NCBI GenBank assembly: GCA_951406725.2
Contig: OX597822.1
Coordinates: 28,954,001 to 29,018,000 of the forward strand
Direction of reading: 5' to 3'
Source of the DNA: Octopus vulgaris
Taxonomy: Eukaryota
DNA length: 64,000 nucleotides
The notes beneath the pieces were generated by a model. The model was given only the letters and a program-made list of their open reading frames with translations. It did no database searches and was not told where the DNA came from. Positions 12,720 through 25,291 of this stretch are shown in pieces (within the stretch, counting starts at the first letter, position 1; every line of letters starts with the position of its first letter). The position numbers and the translations under genes were made by a program.

Positions 12720-13147
12720 ATTGTTGTCCTTGCACGTGTGGTTATGGGTCGCAGTTCTGTATTCCTAACAGCAACTGGTGTATCTATCTTAGTTGAGACA
12801 CTAAAATCTGAAGACGATGATGTTGTCATCTTAGCAGCTAGCCTTCTCTCAAGCTTATCACACATGCGAGCAGGGATTACAGATGCCATGGTAACTGTTG
12901 GCGCCCTTGAATTCCTTATAGAAAAATTGAACACCACTTCAAACCCTCAACTGAGCAGTGCAGTGGCAATAACTCTTGGATATCTCACTTTCAATGCAAC
13001 TGCATCCAGAAATCTGTTTACTGCTTGTAGAAATATGCCAGGCTTGTATAAAACATTGATCAAAAACTTGAAAGGAAATGCCAAGATTAACTCCAAGTTC
13101 ATAGATGACTTCAAAATGGCTCGTGACATTGGACTGCCCTCACAATG
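12720..13147 (+). CDS. ANKAR: ANKAR-like exon (IVVLARVVMGRSS...RAGITDAMVTVG...LGYLTFNA...CRNMP...IGLPSQ)
   Basis: TAG acceptor; GT donor at 13148 gives the phase needed for the next exon; ORF 12738..13157. Confidence 0.9.
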
Positions 13148-13264
13148 GTTTGTATGATTGCTTTTTAATGTATACTCTTTGTTTCAATCATTGGGTTGTG
13201 GCCATACTGGAGCACTGCTTTCTACATATATTTAGGTTGCTACTTTATTCTATAAAAAAACTGT

Positions 13265-13478
13265 CATGAACTTCATTAGTTTACAACTGTTTCAGCTGCA
13301 ACATGTAACACACTCAGATTTGAGTGCTTATGTATCTACCTTATAGCTTCATCAGAGCTTCAAAATTGAAGTGCACTTCATTTTTGAAGCCCCAATGCTA
13401 TAGGATGATATATAAGCACTCAACTATGAGTGCATTGCATCTTATAGCAGAAACACCTGTAAGCTAATGAAGTTCATA
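13265..13478. mobile_element. Fold-back element with a hammerhead ribozyme core, Penelope-like pseudo-LTR remnant
   Basis: Imperfect ~215-bp palindrome centred on GTGCAC (13371-13376); minus strand reads CTGATGA-AGCT...AGCT-GAAAC-AGTT-GTA. Confidence 0.65.
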
Positions 13479-13609
13479 AGAAAATTTTTTATTCCTTTGT
13501 CATTTAAATAATTTTTTATTACTACGCTGTACTTGATGCTTTGTTCTGAAGCATATGTATATCGAGTTTTAACAGCAGGCTATTTGTATTGCTATGCCTA
13601 AATGAAATA

Positions 13610-13650
<41 letters not shown>

Positions 13651-13656
13651 TTTATA

Positions 13657-13855
13657 CTCTTTTACTTATTTCAATCATTTGACTTTGGCCATGCTGGAGT
13701 ACCACCTTTAGTCGAGCAAATCGACCCCAGGATTTATTCTTCATAAGCCTAGTACTTATTCTATCGGTCTCTTTTGCCGAACCGCTAAGTGACGGGGACG
13801 TAAACACACCAGCATCGGTTATCAAGCGATGTTGGGGGGAAAAACATATACACAC

Positions 13856-13898
<43 letters not shown>

Positions 13899-14057
13899 AT
13901 TTCTTTCAGTTTCCGTCTACCAAATCCACTCACAAGGCTTTGGTTGGCCCGAGGCTATAGTAGAAGACACTTGCCCAAGGTGTCACGCAGTGGGACTGAA
14001 CCCGGAACCACCTGGTTGGTAAGCAAGCTACTTACCACACAGCTACTCCTGCACCTA
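13657..14057 (-). mobile_element. Full-length family-B SINE
   Basis: tRNA-like head, central (TA/TG)n, 3' body ending GAAATAAGTAAAAGAG; other copies at ~583-724, 10795-10912, 12220-12463, 14130-14250, 53488-53890, 55400-55710. Confidence 0.9.
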
Positions 14058-14834
14058 TATATATATATCCCTCTCTCTCTTTGGGAGAGGCACAAGCACC
14101 TACACGCACATATGCACACACGGCAGTAACTTCCACCTACCGAATTCAATCACAAAGCTCCGGTCAGCTCGGGGCTATAGTGAAAGACACCTACCCAAAG
14201 TGCCACACAGTGGGACTGAACCCGAAACCATATAGCTAGGAAGCAAGCTCATAATGAGAAATACTTCAATGATGGAGATTTTACATTTATATTAAAGCAT
14301 TGCTACATGTGTTTCAGCATGATGTATTTTTATGGGACCATTTCACCATATCCACAAGATAGGGAAACCAGCAACAAGTAGCATAGGAGCTCTATCAGAG
14401 CACAGGTGTGTGTGTGTGTGTAAGAAACTAGGAAGAGGAGGACACAGAAATTTCTGATTTGGTACCCAGGTGCACATTTAGTCTACCAGGGTGGGTCCAA
14501 CTCTTAGCTGTGGCAAAGACAACTAACCCAGGTGATAAAAACTCTAATAAGAAAACCTGAGGTATGTTGTTCATTGAGTTTGTGGAAAACATTTGCACCC
14601 ACTTTCAACTACCAGCATTTCCAAAAAATGTGAATGGTTCTTCACAAGCCTTCCTCACTGAAAACAAAACATCTGTAAAAGATTGTAATAAGAGAACTGA
14701 AGAGGCAAAAGAATGGCAGTAGACCAGATTGAATACCCTCCCAATGTATTGCGGGTAACTTCTGAGTCCAAATCCTCCCAACAATATAGAATTCGTTACA
14801 TTTGTTTGCTTGTTTATTTATTTTTGTCTTGCAG

Positions 14835-14887
14835 TCTGGAAATAAACGGTGGCTTCCCAGTGCAGAAACCTAACCAATGTATGAAAG
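14835..14887 (+). CDS. ANKAR: ANKAR-like short exon (CLEINGGFPVQKPNQCMK)
   Basis: CAG acceptor, GTGAGT donor; continues GLPS..LE.NGG as in ANKAR. Confidence 0.85.
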
Positions 14888-14961
14888 GTGAGTGAACAGC
14901 AGCTTTCATAGTTTCAAAACTTTAAGAAAGTTGCACACATAGTTAGATATACACACACAGG

Positions 14962-15557
14962 AAATGCCGGTGGCACGTAAAAAGCACCATCCGAATCGTG
15001 GCCGAAGCCAGTCCCGCCTCGACTGGCTTCCATGCCGGTGGCACGTAAAAAGCACCCACTACACTCACGGAGTGGTTGGCGTTAGGAAGGGCATCCAGCT
15101 GTAGAAACATTGCCAGATAAGACTGGAGCCTGGTGCAGCCTTCTGGCTTCCCAGATCCCTGGTCGAACCGTCCAACCCATGCTAGCATGGAGAACGGACG
15201 TTAAACGATGATGATGATGATACATGATCGTTACCAGTATCGCCTTACTGGTACATGAACAAAACATTCAAGCAAGGTCGTTGTCAGTGCCGCTGGACTG
15301 ACTCCTGTGCAGGTGGTACGTAAAAAACACCATTTGAGCGTGGCCGTTGCCAGTACCGCCAGACTGGCTCTCATGCCGGTGGCACGTAAAAGCACCCACT
15401 ACACTCTCAGAATGGTTGGCATTAGGAAGGGCATCCAGCTGTAGAAACTCTGCCAAATCAAATTGGAGCCTGGTGCAGCCATCTGGTTTGCCGGTCCTCA
15501 GTCAAATCATCCAACCCATGCTAGCATGGAAAGCAGACGTTAAATGATGATGATGAT
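14962..15557 (-). mobile_element. Two tandem copies of repeat family C ((CAT)n-CGTTTAACGTCC..CCATGCTAGCATGG..GGATGCCCTTCCTAAC)
   Basis: Same family at ~9725-9990, 11880-12080, 23545-23700, 27675-27840, 34850-35000, 39100-39360, 56425-56561, 58248-58422, 62648-62880; orientation is arbitrary. Confidence 0.85.
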
Positions 15558-16090
15558 ACGTATGCATATATGTGCAAGTACATGTATATATATACACACA
15601 CACACAAGGAGGTTCAACACAGACTGTCTACCATATTCATTCACAAGGTATTGGTCAGTTCAGGATTATATATAGTAGCAAACACTTGCCCAAGGTGCCA
15701 TATAGTGGAACCAAACCCTGAACCATGATTGTGAAGCAACTTTCTTAACCAGAAAACCTTGCCTCTGCCCACTATTTCATTACCATTTTCACTTCAAAGT
15801 GTCATAGGGTGTGCCAGGTTCACCCACCATAGTCTGCATAATGACATTGTCTCAACTCAAACCAAACTAGCAATCACTAGCGCTGCACTTCAGTTTATAA
15901 TCACTGACCTGAAGGGAGAAAATACATGCTTCCCAAGAAGCAATGAACTCCATAGCGTATGTCCATGTATGTGTGTATGAATGAGATTGACTCTTAATGT
16001 CTGATACTTGAGTGCATCTGTGTTTTAGCAGTCGTAGTTTTATTGTTGTTGTTATCGTTAGTCTTTATGCTCCTCTTTCTTATTTTTCAG

Positions 16091-16287
16091 TAAGCCATTG
16101 GTGCATGAATCCGCCACTGGTGAGAGATCATTCAGCTGGTAGTAAATATGGAAAAGGTACTAAAACACACCTACTGCGAACCAAATCTGCCTTTCCCCTT
16201 AGACAGAAGTCTCCTCAGAGGGGTAAACCTTTACTGGAAAAGTCCAAAACGATGATTGAAGTTAGAACTACACCAAAGAGCCCATGA
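16091..16287 (+). CDS. ANKAR: ANKAR-like terminal coding exon (VSHWCMNPPL...RTTPKSP*)
   Basis: TTTTTCAG acceptor, phase compatible, TGA at 16285-16287, AATAAA at 16307-16312 and 16604-16609. Confidence 0.75.
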
Positions 16288-16832
16288 TCCATTCAACATC
16301 CATAGAAATAAAGATAAATGCTATATTGAACTGAAATACATATTACACATTCAACTAAGTACACAGGCACCTCATAGGTAAATAGATACCTTTTGTACAT
16401 TTTCATCTGTGTGGACACTTCTTTAATCCCTAGCGAGCAACCACAGAGACTGTTCTCCCAACCAATACAGTGCTGTGGGTGCCACTGGATAACAGACTGA
16501 TGTTATTTCACGCTTTCCGATCCATGATGCTGGCCTGAGCATGCACAAAGCATATCTACTAAATTCTAAATTAAATATATCAAATGACGTTTTTGTTTCT
16601 AGAAATAAAGCTTTCAAAAATTACTGCTTTTATTTACTTTCAAGATTCCTGTTTACAAGAACCAACCATTAGCAGTACTCACACACACATGCTCCACCTC
16701 ATGATTATCTATAATTCTAAATGTTAGTGGACCTTCCAAATGTTGATTTTGGTTCATTAGATACAATAGCAAATTTGTAAACCAAAAAAGTTTTAGTTTA
16801 CGGAATTGACTAGTATATTAGATATCATAAAA

Positions 16833-17060
16833 AGGTGGCGAGCTGGCAGAAACGTTAGCACGCCAGGCGAAATGCGTAGCAGTATTTCGTCTGTCGTTAT
16901 GTTCAGAGTTCAAATTCCGCCGAGGTCGACTTTGCCTTTCATCCTTTCGGGGTCGATAAATTAAGTACCAGTTACGCACTGGAGTCGTAATCGACTTAAT
17001 CCCTTTGTCTGTCCTTGTTTGTCCCCTCTGTGTTTAGCCCCTTGTGGGTAGTAAAGAAAT
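16833..17060 (+). mobile_element. Young full-length family-A SINE with target-site duplication
   Basis: TSD ATATTAGATATCATAA (16815-16830) and ATATTAGCTATCATAA (17061-17076). Confidence 0.92.
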
Positions 17061-17455
17061 ATATTAGCTATCATAATACCATAAACCCACAAAATGATAA
17101 ATGGTTAAGATAATCTCAGACACTGGGATTTGAATTCAAAGGAATGTATGGTGGCACGGACTGCTTGTGGAATGTTGGCCTGCGCTCCTAGCCAACTGGG
17201 TGGTGTCAAAGGCTAAAACAATACAAAGCATATTGTGACCAGCAATAACATCAGATGGTCTGGTCAATACTGTGATATACATATATATGAATACATGTTA
17301 TTCTTTTCATGGCATGCTTCTTTCAGTTTCTGTCTACCAAATTCACTAAAGGCTCTGGTTGACCTGAAGTTATAGAAGACACTTGCTCGAGGTGCCATGC
17401 AGTGGCACCTTGGGCGAGTGAACCCAGAATGATGTAGTTGGGAAGCAAGCTTCTT

Positions 17456-18300
17456 TATTTCATTTAATTGGCCACAAGGACCTTACACAGAAAGGAAGCT
17501 GCGGGCTGGACACACACACACACAATATGACAAGTGAAATGGTGAAAAATGAGGGCAACAACAACGCCCGCTGATTGCTGTACACCCGAGCACATTGCTC
17601 TTTTATAACACATTTCGAGGCAATGAACCTCTTACTCAAATCCTTTTAGGTATCAAAATTAGAATCTTCTTGCCCAAGACTCCAAGCCTCAGAAAAACAC
17701 CTGTACAGCTCCAAGTCGGGCCAATTTAACATAAATCTATAGGTATCCTTGGGGAAGGAATCTATTATCCTGAACAGGTTCTCCCTCATGACCTTCGCAG
17801 CCACCTGCGAAGGCCAGTCAGGGTCCTCTGTGCAGGACAGGACTCTTTCCTTTTGAGCTTGCCAACAAAGCGCTCCACTGTCCCTCCCTTATGGAAGAGG
17901 ACCACAAATTCCTTCTCTATATCATGGAGGGACTGTACAGTCTCCAATTCCTTGAAATTATTTTTCAAAAAAAACTTCCACGCAGGCAGACAAATAGTTC
18001 TCGCAAATAACTGAGAATAATTCAATTCTCAAATTAAATTAATATGGAGGCGAAACATGCCTCCAGACAGCAGTTCTGACACCTAAGTGAGAAAAACACA
18101 TGTCTCTACTGCAGGCAGACCAAAAGCTCAGAATCCAGTGAGGACTCCTTGCTTGTACAAAAAAAAAATCTCACAAACAACGAATTCCACTGGACTCAAG
18201 AAGCAAAAAGTCTTACCTTACAGTAGAGCGTCTTTCAAATACGATTTTCGTCCGCTGCACACTAGCGAGGTACAGTGAAGAACACTAACGACCGGAACCA
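17456..18300 (-). mobile_element. Unclassified 845-bp insertion with a 14-bp TSD inside a family-B SINE head
   Basis: GAAGCAAGCTTCTT (17442-17455) and GAAGCCAGCTTCTT (18301-18314); the SINE resumes after 18314; decayed ORF inside. Confidence 0.7.
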
Positions 18301-19099
18301 GAAGCCAGCTTCTTACCACGCAGCCACTCCTGCACCTATGTATGTATAAGCAATTATCTCCTTGACATGACATCATGTGATAGTTGAGTCAGTCATGCAA
18401 ACAGCATCCATTTCCAACCTTCCATAAAAACGTGTATGTATGTATATATGTATATATATATATATACACACACACACAGAGAGGGATGGAGTGTTTATTA
18501 GTCGCTCATTTGACTAAAAATATTTAGCCCAAAAGGCTTCTCTTCATAGTATTCTGGGATTTATTCCAGTTTAACTCAGCATGTCAACAGAGAACATTGT
18601 TAGTTTCCCTGGATTCTGCTTTATCATCATAATCATCCATATGCAGTGTAAAGACATTCTTCAATTAAGACTTCTACAACCTCTTCATTTATAAAAGTGG
18701 AAATCACTTCACATATGCAACAGATGCTGGGATAGAGCAAACTGCATATACACAACTGAATTTAGTTTTTTTCTTTTTTTTTAAACCAAGATTTTTGTTT
18801 AATCCACAGGACATGATTTGGTTACTATTTCTAGTAGTTGGGTCACAGGATCAACAAGGCAAAGACAAACCCTAGTCTTTAATAAAAAATTTTTAAATAA
18901 AAATTGAAAGAAGCTCAGATACAGTAATCTTCAGAACAAAATAACCTGAGAAATGTATAGTTAAGCACTTTATCTCACCTCCAACTGAATACAAATAGGA
19001 AGTTGGTCATGAATTATGCACATGTCCAGATGTCAACAAGGATGCCAGTCGTTTAAGATGAGTCGATTACATATTTGTTTATGAACATCAATGAAGAAA

Positions 19100-22000
19100 T
19101 GAAATAAAAACTCAAAGGCTGATCAATATTTTTTATTATTATTTTTCATTAAGTACAACCACATGTTCATTATCACTTAAATGAACTATGATGTAAATGG
19201 TGGTCGGTAAACCAGCAGTGATATCACATGCCCTAACAGACCAGCTTAATACATCACAGCATGTTAATTGCAGCCAGACTTTGCTGATAGTATTCTCAAT
19301 GATATTCAAAATTTACATGCCGTCCTATATAAAAATGATCTCACGTTCCCAAATTTAAAAAAAAAAAATTTAAAAAAACGAAAAGTCTTACAGTAAAAAA
19401 AAAAAAATCATGGTTGCTCATTTTTATAAAAAAATTACAATCTCGCAATAATCAAAAAAAAAATTAAACATGTGTTGATATCACATGAAGTTGAAAAAAT
19501 AAATACAGAGTACTGCAAAAATGGAAATAAATAAATGTGTGAATGAATCCCATTCCTTTAGTGCAGAGAATCCCTGATTCTCGAGATCTGGACTGCAAGA
19601 AATAACAGCTGCCCTACAAAAATCAGGGGGCAGTATGACTAGCTTGTCCTTAACATTAGTGGGCTTTAAAAAAAAAAAGAAATTGAAAATAAATCACTGG
19701 GTTTTTGTCCTGAAAGGACAGGGACAAAATATTTATGGGAAAATGGGGCAATATATTTAGGGGAAAGGGAAAATTCAAGTCTGGGGAAAGGGGGCAAAGC
19801 GTATACATACTTCATATATACATTTATATATACATATATCAAATACCTACCCACTGTAACTATTGTTTACCGACCATCTTAAAAAAGGCCCACTTGTGCG
19901 AGATGCACTTTCAAAGCTACTAAATTTTATTTGTTGATTTACTATTCGTTCAAACAGCATTTTTAATAGTTTCTTTTTTTTTTATTTATTAAATAATCTT
20001 CATTATATTTAAATGCTATTGTAATAATTTCAGCACTTTACATATAAAATTTTTTTTTCTTCATATTTACATAAGTCCAAAGAAGGCATAAATCGCTTTT
20101 TACTGTCTCTGGTCTGATAATGATACATGAAAAAAAAAAAGTGAAAAATGGAAAATGCTTTGTTTTCTGTAGCACTCATGTATTTGGAAGTCAATGAATT
20201 TTTCTTTTTTTTTTTTTCTCTTTTTCAGAATATATCTTTCACTCCTTTTGTAGTGATAGTAGAACTAAATGAAAGACACAGTATTTGAACAATGTAAAAA
20301 AGATTATTTTTGTTTTGAATGGAAAAAATAACACCACCATAACACTCATTCTGATCTTAAGCAACACAGTCAACTTAACTCTCACACACCGCAGACACAA
20401 GTGGACCATGATTATTTAAACTTATTGGTAACTTGTAAATGTCCCTCAATGAAATATTTTAATGGAGATTTTGTAAGGAGGAATTTTGTATGGTTTCTTT
20501 GGGGGGGCAAAGGGGAGAATAAAATCTAGGTTTACGGGATTTGTAATTTACATAAATGTATGCGCCAAATGGAATACTTACATAATGACTGCTTGGTTTG
20601 GAATTGAAAAATGTAAGAAAATTAATGGAATGTACATTTTCTTTTAAAGAATAAAAAAAAGAAAACCACCTGTTTTAATAATTTAGAAATTATCTTAGTG
20701 CGTTCAGACAGCTCCACAACTCACATTAGGGCCTCTCTGCAGCATTACAAATGGGACACAAAACTTACCTTTTTATTTGCTTGTTTATTTGGGATCACAC
20801 CAGTTAGCTGTGGAAGTGGAGTTGGAAGGAGGGGGTGGGCAAGTACAGCTGCAATAACCTAGCACATTCAGCAGGCAACTGCCAACTACCAACACAGCAG
20901 CAACCAAATTTTACTCAGAAAATTTGAAGGGAAAGTAAAAAAACAGTTGCTGCTGGGACATTTTGCAGCCTTGCCAGCAATGAAGGCTTTAAATGTTTAC
21001 AATGGCTCGGGAAGCTTAGCCACCGACATCAGCCACTAGAGACATGTTAAAACGGGAAGAGGAAGAGGCGGCAACAGTGGTACAGTAATATAAAACAAAA
21101 ACAAAGGGAGAAAAAAAAAAAAAACTAGCTGGTGTCCTTGTAGCTTGTCATCTGATAGCTTTAACAAAGTCCTTCAAAGTACGACTTCATTTCAGTAAGC
21201 CTTTTTTCTCTTTCATATGTTTACGTATTTATGATATGCTTTTCCGTCAGTGTTTACAGGGGAATGTATATGCACCCTGTAATCAGAACACCACGAACAA
21301 GTTCTACACCAAATAGGATTTAGAAAAAAAAACTTTTATAATCACCTTACTTCCTTTACCAGAAAAAAAAAATTTCAGGGAATTTGGAAATATTCGTTTT
21401 CTTTCCAAAGTCCTCAACTATTCTATATCATCAGTAAATGCAATTATTTTTAAAATTTGGGTAAAGTTTAACTTCACCCAGAGATCTGGATATCATCAAA
21501 AAAATTTTTAAAAAGCATGACTTTTTTTTTTTTTTTTTTGATATCAAAGAGGCACACGTTTTGATACTGTCAATGGCAACATGTAGAAAAGAGGTGCAGA
21601 CAGAATAAAAAAAATAGAATTAAAAAATTTTTTTATGCCTTAAGGGCTTCCAAATTTAATACAGCATGCCTTACAAACAGGCACAATGCAACTGTACAAT
21701 GCGTGTTGAAATTCCATCTGTACACTTCAGCAAAAAGGATTGCTGCAACAATTATTTCAACATACACGTATTATTTTTTAGATTTTTTTTTTTTTTATTA
21801 TGATTTTAAGTAAGTTCAGGAGTAGCCAAACTGACGTACAAGAATGAGCTAGCTACCTGTAACAATGCTACAATGTTGACACACCAACAGCTCAGCAATC
21901 CATGTTCCCCATTTTAATGTTTTCAAAGAAAAGGAAAGGGAAAAGCCTTGACAGAAGAAAATTGTTTTGCTTTAGATTTTCAGTTATTGTTTTATTTTGT

Positions 22001-23268
22001 TTGTTTGTTTGTTTTTGTTTTGTTTTTTTACCTTAGCGGGTTAACTCAAGAATTGGGTTTTCTTTCTTGTAAACTGCACCTCAACAAAATGTGATTTGCA
22101 GTATATGACAGGACGGCATATATACCTTTGTTTCTTTTTTTTTCTTTTTTTTCATTTTTTTTTTACCAGTTTATTTTCATTTTTTCCATTTTTTAACCAT
22201 TGTAGTCTGGCTAACTCTCTGGGAAACAAGGTGTAGAACCAGCAGAAACTATAAATTGAATCTAAAGATTTTTTTAATGAATTATTTTTTTTTTTAAAGA
22301 ATAGAATTCCTTTTCAAGGTTATTTTTTTTCTCCTTGATTTCAGAATTTTGGAAATTATCCAATTTACAAGATTTGATAAGGGGATAAAAAAAAAAAGCA
22401 TATATGTATATATACTTATATATACACACACAATGCTAAGGAGGATAAATACTCCAATACAAACAACAGTGAATCAAGATGTGCTTTTTTTTTTTTTTTT
22501 TTACAATAGGAATCTAATAATTCATAACAGTATTGAATAACTTTAAGAAAAAAGTGAATGAAAAAGCTGGAAATGTACCTTTCTTCTGCAATGAAAAAAA
22601 GTAAACGGTGACAAAAGAAAAAATATTCCAAAAATAAGTAGAGAACATCTAAAAACAAATTAGATATAATACAGTCTGAAAGGGAAAAGGGTGAAGCCAG
22701 TAACATACAATGGGATTTTTATCCAATCATAAAAAAAGAAATTAAAAAAAAAAAAATCAATGGGAGAATCATACATAAGCTGACACTGGCAGACAAGAAA
22801 ATGATTAGTGAGTAGTCAAGTGAGTGCAAAATTTGCAGCTAAAAGTTTCATCACTACATTCATAACCATGTAGGATTCGATTATGACCCAACATGGTTGA
22901 TGAGAGAGAGAGAGAAAAAAAACAGGAAAAAAAAATAAAACGCCACATCAGATAACATAGATACATAAAATTTCTAAATGTCTACCAACACAAAAGCTTA
23001 ATTTGGCCCACAAAAAGACCAACAACAGAAATATTGTTCGTTATTCTCAAGAAACTATTTTTTTTCTTTAAAGAATTTTTCCTATTAAAAATTTAACTTT
23101 TTTTTTTGTGTGTTTTCATCGATTGTTTTTAAAACAAACTTCTTTTCAGCCAAATGTTTCCTTACAGAATTTATCTGGTCACTGGTTCTACGTTGGTGTT
23201 TACCCTGTATTTAAAGTCCCGCTACAAAATGTGGTTGGTTTCTTAGTTGTGCTTTAAGAGCTGTTGGT
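19100..23268 (-). other. Putative long 3'UTR of DDX3 (3' end uncertain)
   Basis: About 4 kb after the stop without recognisable SINEs or TEs; U-rich on the minus strand with several AAUAAA (plus-strand TTTATT, e.g. ~19132, ~19927, ~19981). Confidence 0.6.
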
Positions 23269-23452
23269 CTAATTGCCCCACCAATCGTGGACTGGTTGGG
23301 CATAGGATCCACCGTAAGAGCCTCCATAGCCATTAATCTGCATGCAGTTGTACGGGTTGAATCCTGAATTGCTGTAATTCACAGTTCCAGCAGGTTTCGC
23401 AGCTTTCTGGGCAGGTTGACGGTAATCCCGACCTCCAAAAGATGTAGAAGCT
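23269..23452 (-). CDS. DDX3: DDX3/PL10 terminal coding exon (ASTSFGGRDYRQ...GYGGSYGGSYAQPVHDWWGN*)
   Basis: TTTGCAG acceptor; FGGRDYRQ and C-terminal DWWGN are diagnostic of the DDX3/Ded1 subfamily; TAG stop. Confidence 0.95.
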
Positions 23453-25090
23453 CTGCAAATTAAATAAAATGGTCAGTTAATGTTAACCAAAACAAAATGT
23501 TCAACAACCCTAAAAACCATATAAACTACCAGTATTATCTTTTACATCATCATCATCATCTAACATCCACCTTCCATGCTAGCATGAGTGGGACAGTTTG
23601 ACAGGAGGCAGCCAAGCAGAAGCCTGCACCAGTCGTGACTATTTTGGCAGGATTTTTACAGCTCGATACCCTTCCTAACACCAACCACCAAGCATCCGAT
23701 GCATGGAATGTGGTAAGAAGATTTCTTTCTAACATGGTCTCGGATTCAGTTTCACTGCACTTAGACAATTGTTTTCCAATGGAGCCCTAAAACATCCAAA
23801 GCCTTGTGAATGAACTTGAAAGGAGCCCACTGTGCACATGTGTGACTGTCCACCACAACTTAACCCATTTTCAGTTTAGTGAGTGCATATGTGTATTCAT
23901 GTGTCATCTGAATCAATTTTAGTTTGTAATTTTCTTCAAACAATGATGAATTTCGGTATTTCATACTTTTATATATTTAAGGTACATCAGTTCTGTAATA
24001 TGCATTCAATCCAATACCACGCAGAAGTCTATACGACAACTGTTATATATCCCAACCAAAAATCGGTTAATAATTCAAATGGTAGTGTTAAAACAGTAGG
24101 TTTTATATTTCACTAAATTTGTCTGTAATCATAGCAGTTTCGTGACAAATTCCAAAGATAAGCATGTTCCAAACAGCACATGCATCAATGCATAAAAATT
24201 TGTTGATGCATTAAAAAGTCTTAGCTGTTTTACTAAGCCAATCTAAGTTCACAATCATTGCTAAATTTCCAGTATTTTAGAGAAATATGGTAACACAAGG
24301 ATTAAGGGAGACAAAATAAAAGCTGCTTGGCTATCAATAACAAAGCCTAAAAATACATACTCAGTTACATAGTTGTTATGTCTTATTAGCCTGGGGTCAA
24401 ATTTTTAAGGAATTTAAATCATTAAGCCAAGTAAAAGCAATGCAAAGGACTCTTTTCAGGGTTTCCAACACTTGTGGAAAGAAGGTTATCCCACCATACA
24501 GGATCTGATGCTTGCAACAGAGGCCTCACTGATAGCATGAAAAAGCCAGGTACTAGTGTTAAATACTATGACATAAAATCTACCAGCCCAGAAATGGGAA
24601 CTCTGATGGACTGATGCTGGGGTTGTCTAACAAATTTTACTCTCAATTTGTTGCCCAAGTTTTCATAAACAATCTCCATGCAAATGAAAAATTAAATTCA
24701 TCCTTGCATAAAAATTGCATGTTTATTATATATACATCAATTATGGCACAAAAGTTGCAAAATATATCATGAGACTTACAAAAGAAACTGAACTTAAATG
24801 GAGAAGTTATATGCAACTAATTTTTAAATACATAATTTATAGCTGCTAATTAAGCCGGATATTCAAAACACACATTCTATATCAGCATTTCATTCTTTCA
24901 GCATTCCAAAACAGAATAAAATTCTGAGTGATTAAAAATTCTTTGCAGTTGTGACAAAAAGACACACTGCTAACAATTACAAGGGCATCGTTTGAAAAAG
25001 GATCCCAGTCACAACTTCATTAAATACCTGGAGGAAAAAAAGAAAAAAATGCCAATGACAGGATAAAGAAGATATTAAGCACTGAACTCA

Positions 25091-25291
<201 letters not shown>

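Noticed and set aside
16833-16925. tRNA-like A/B boxes here and in other copies
   Set aside because: These are SINE heads continuing into SINE bodies; no complete cloverleaf
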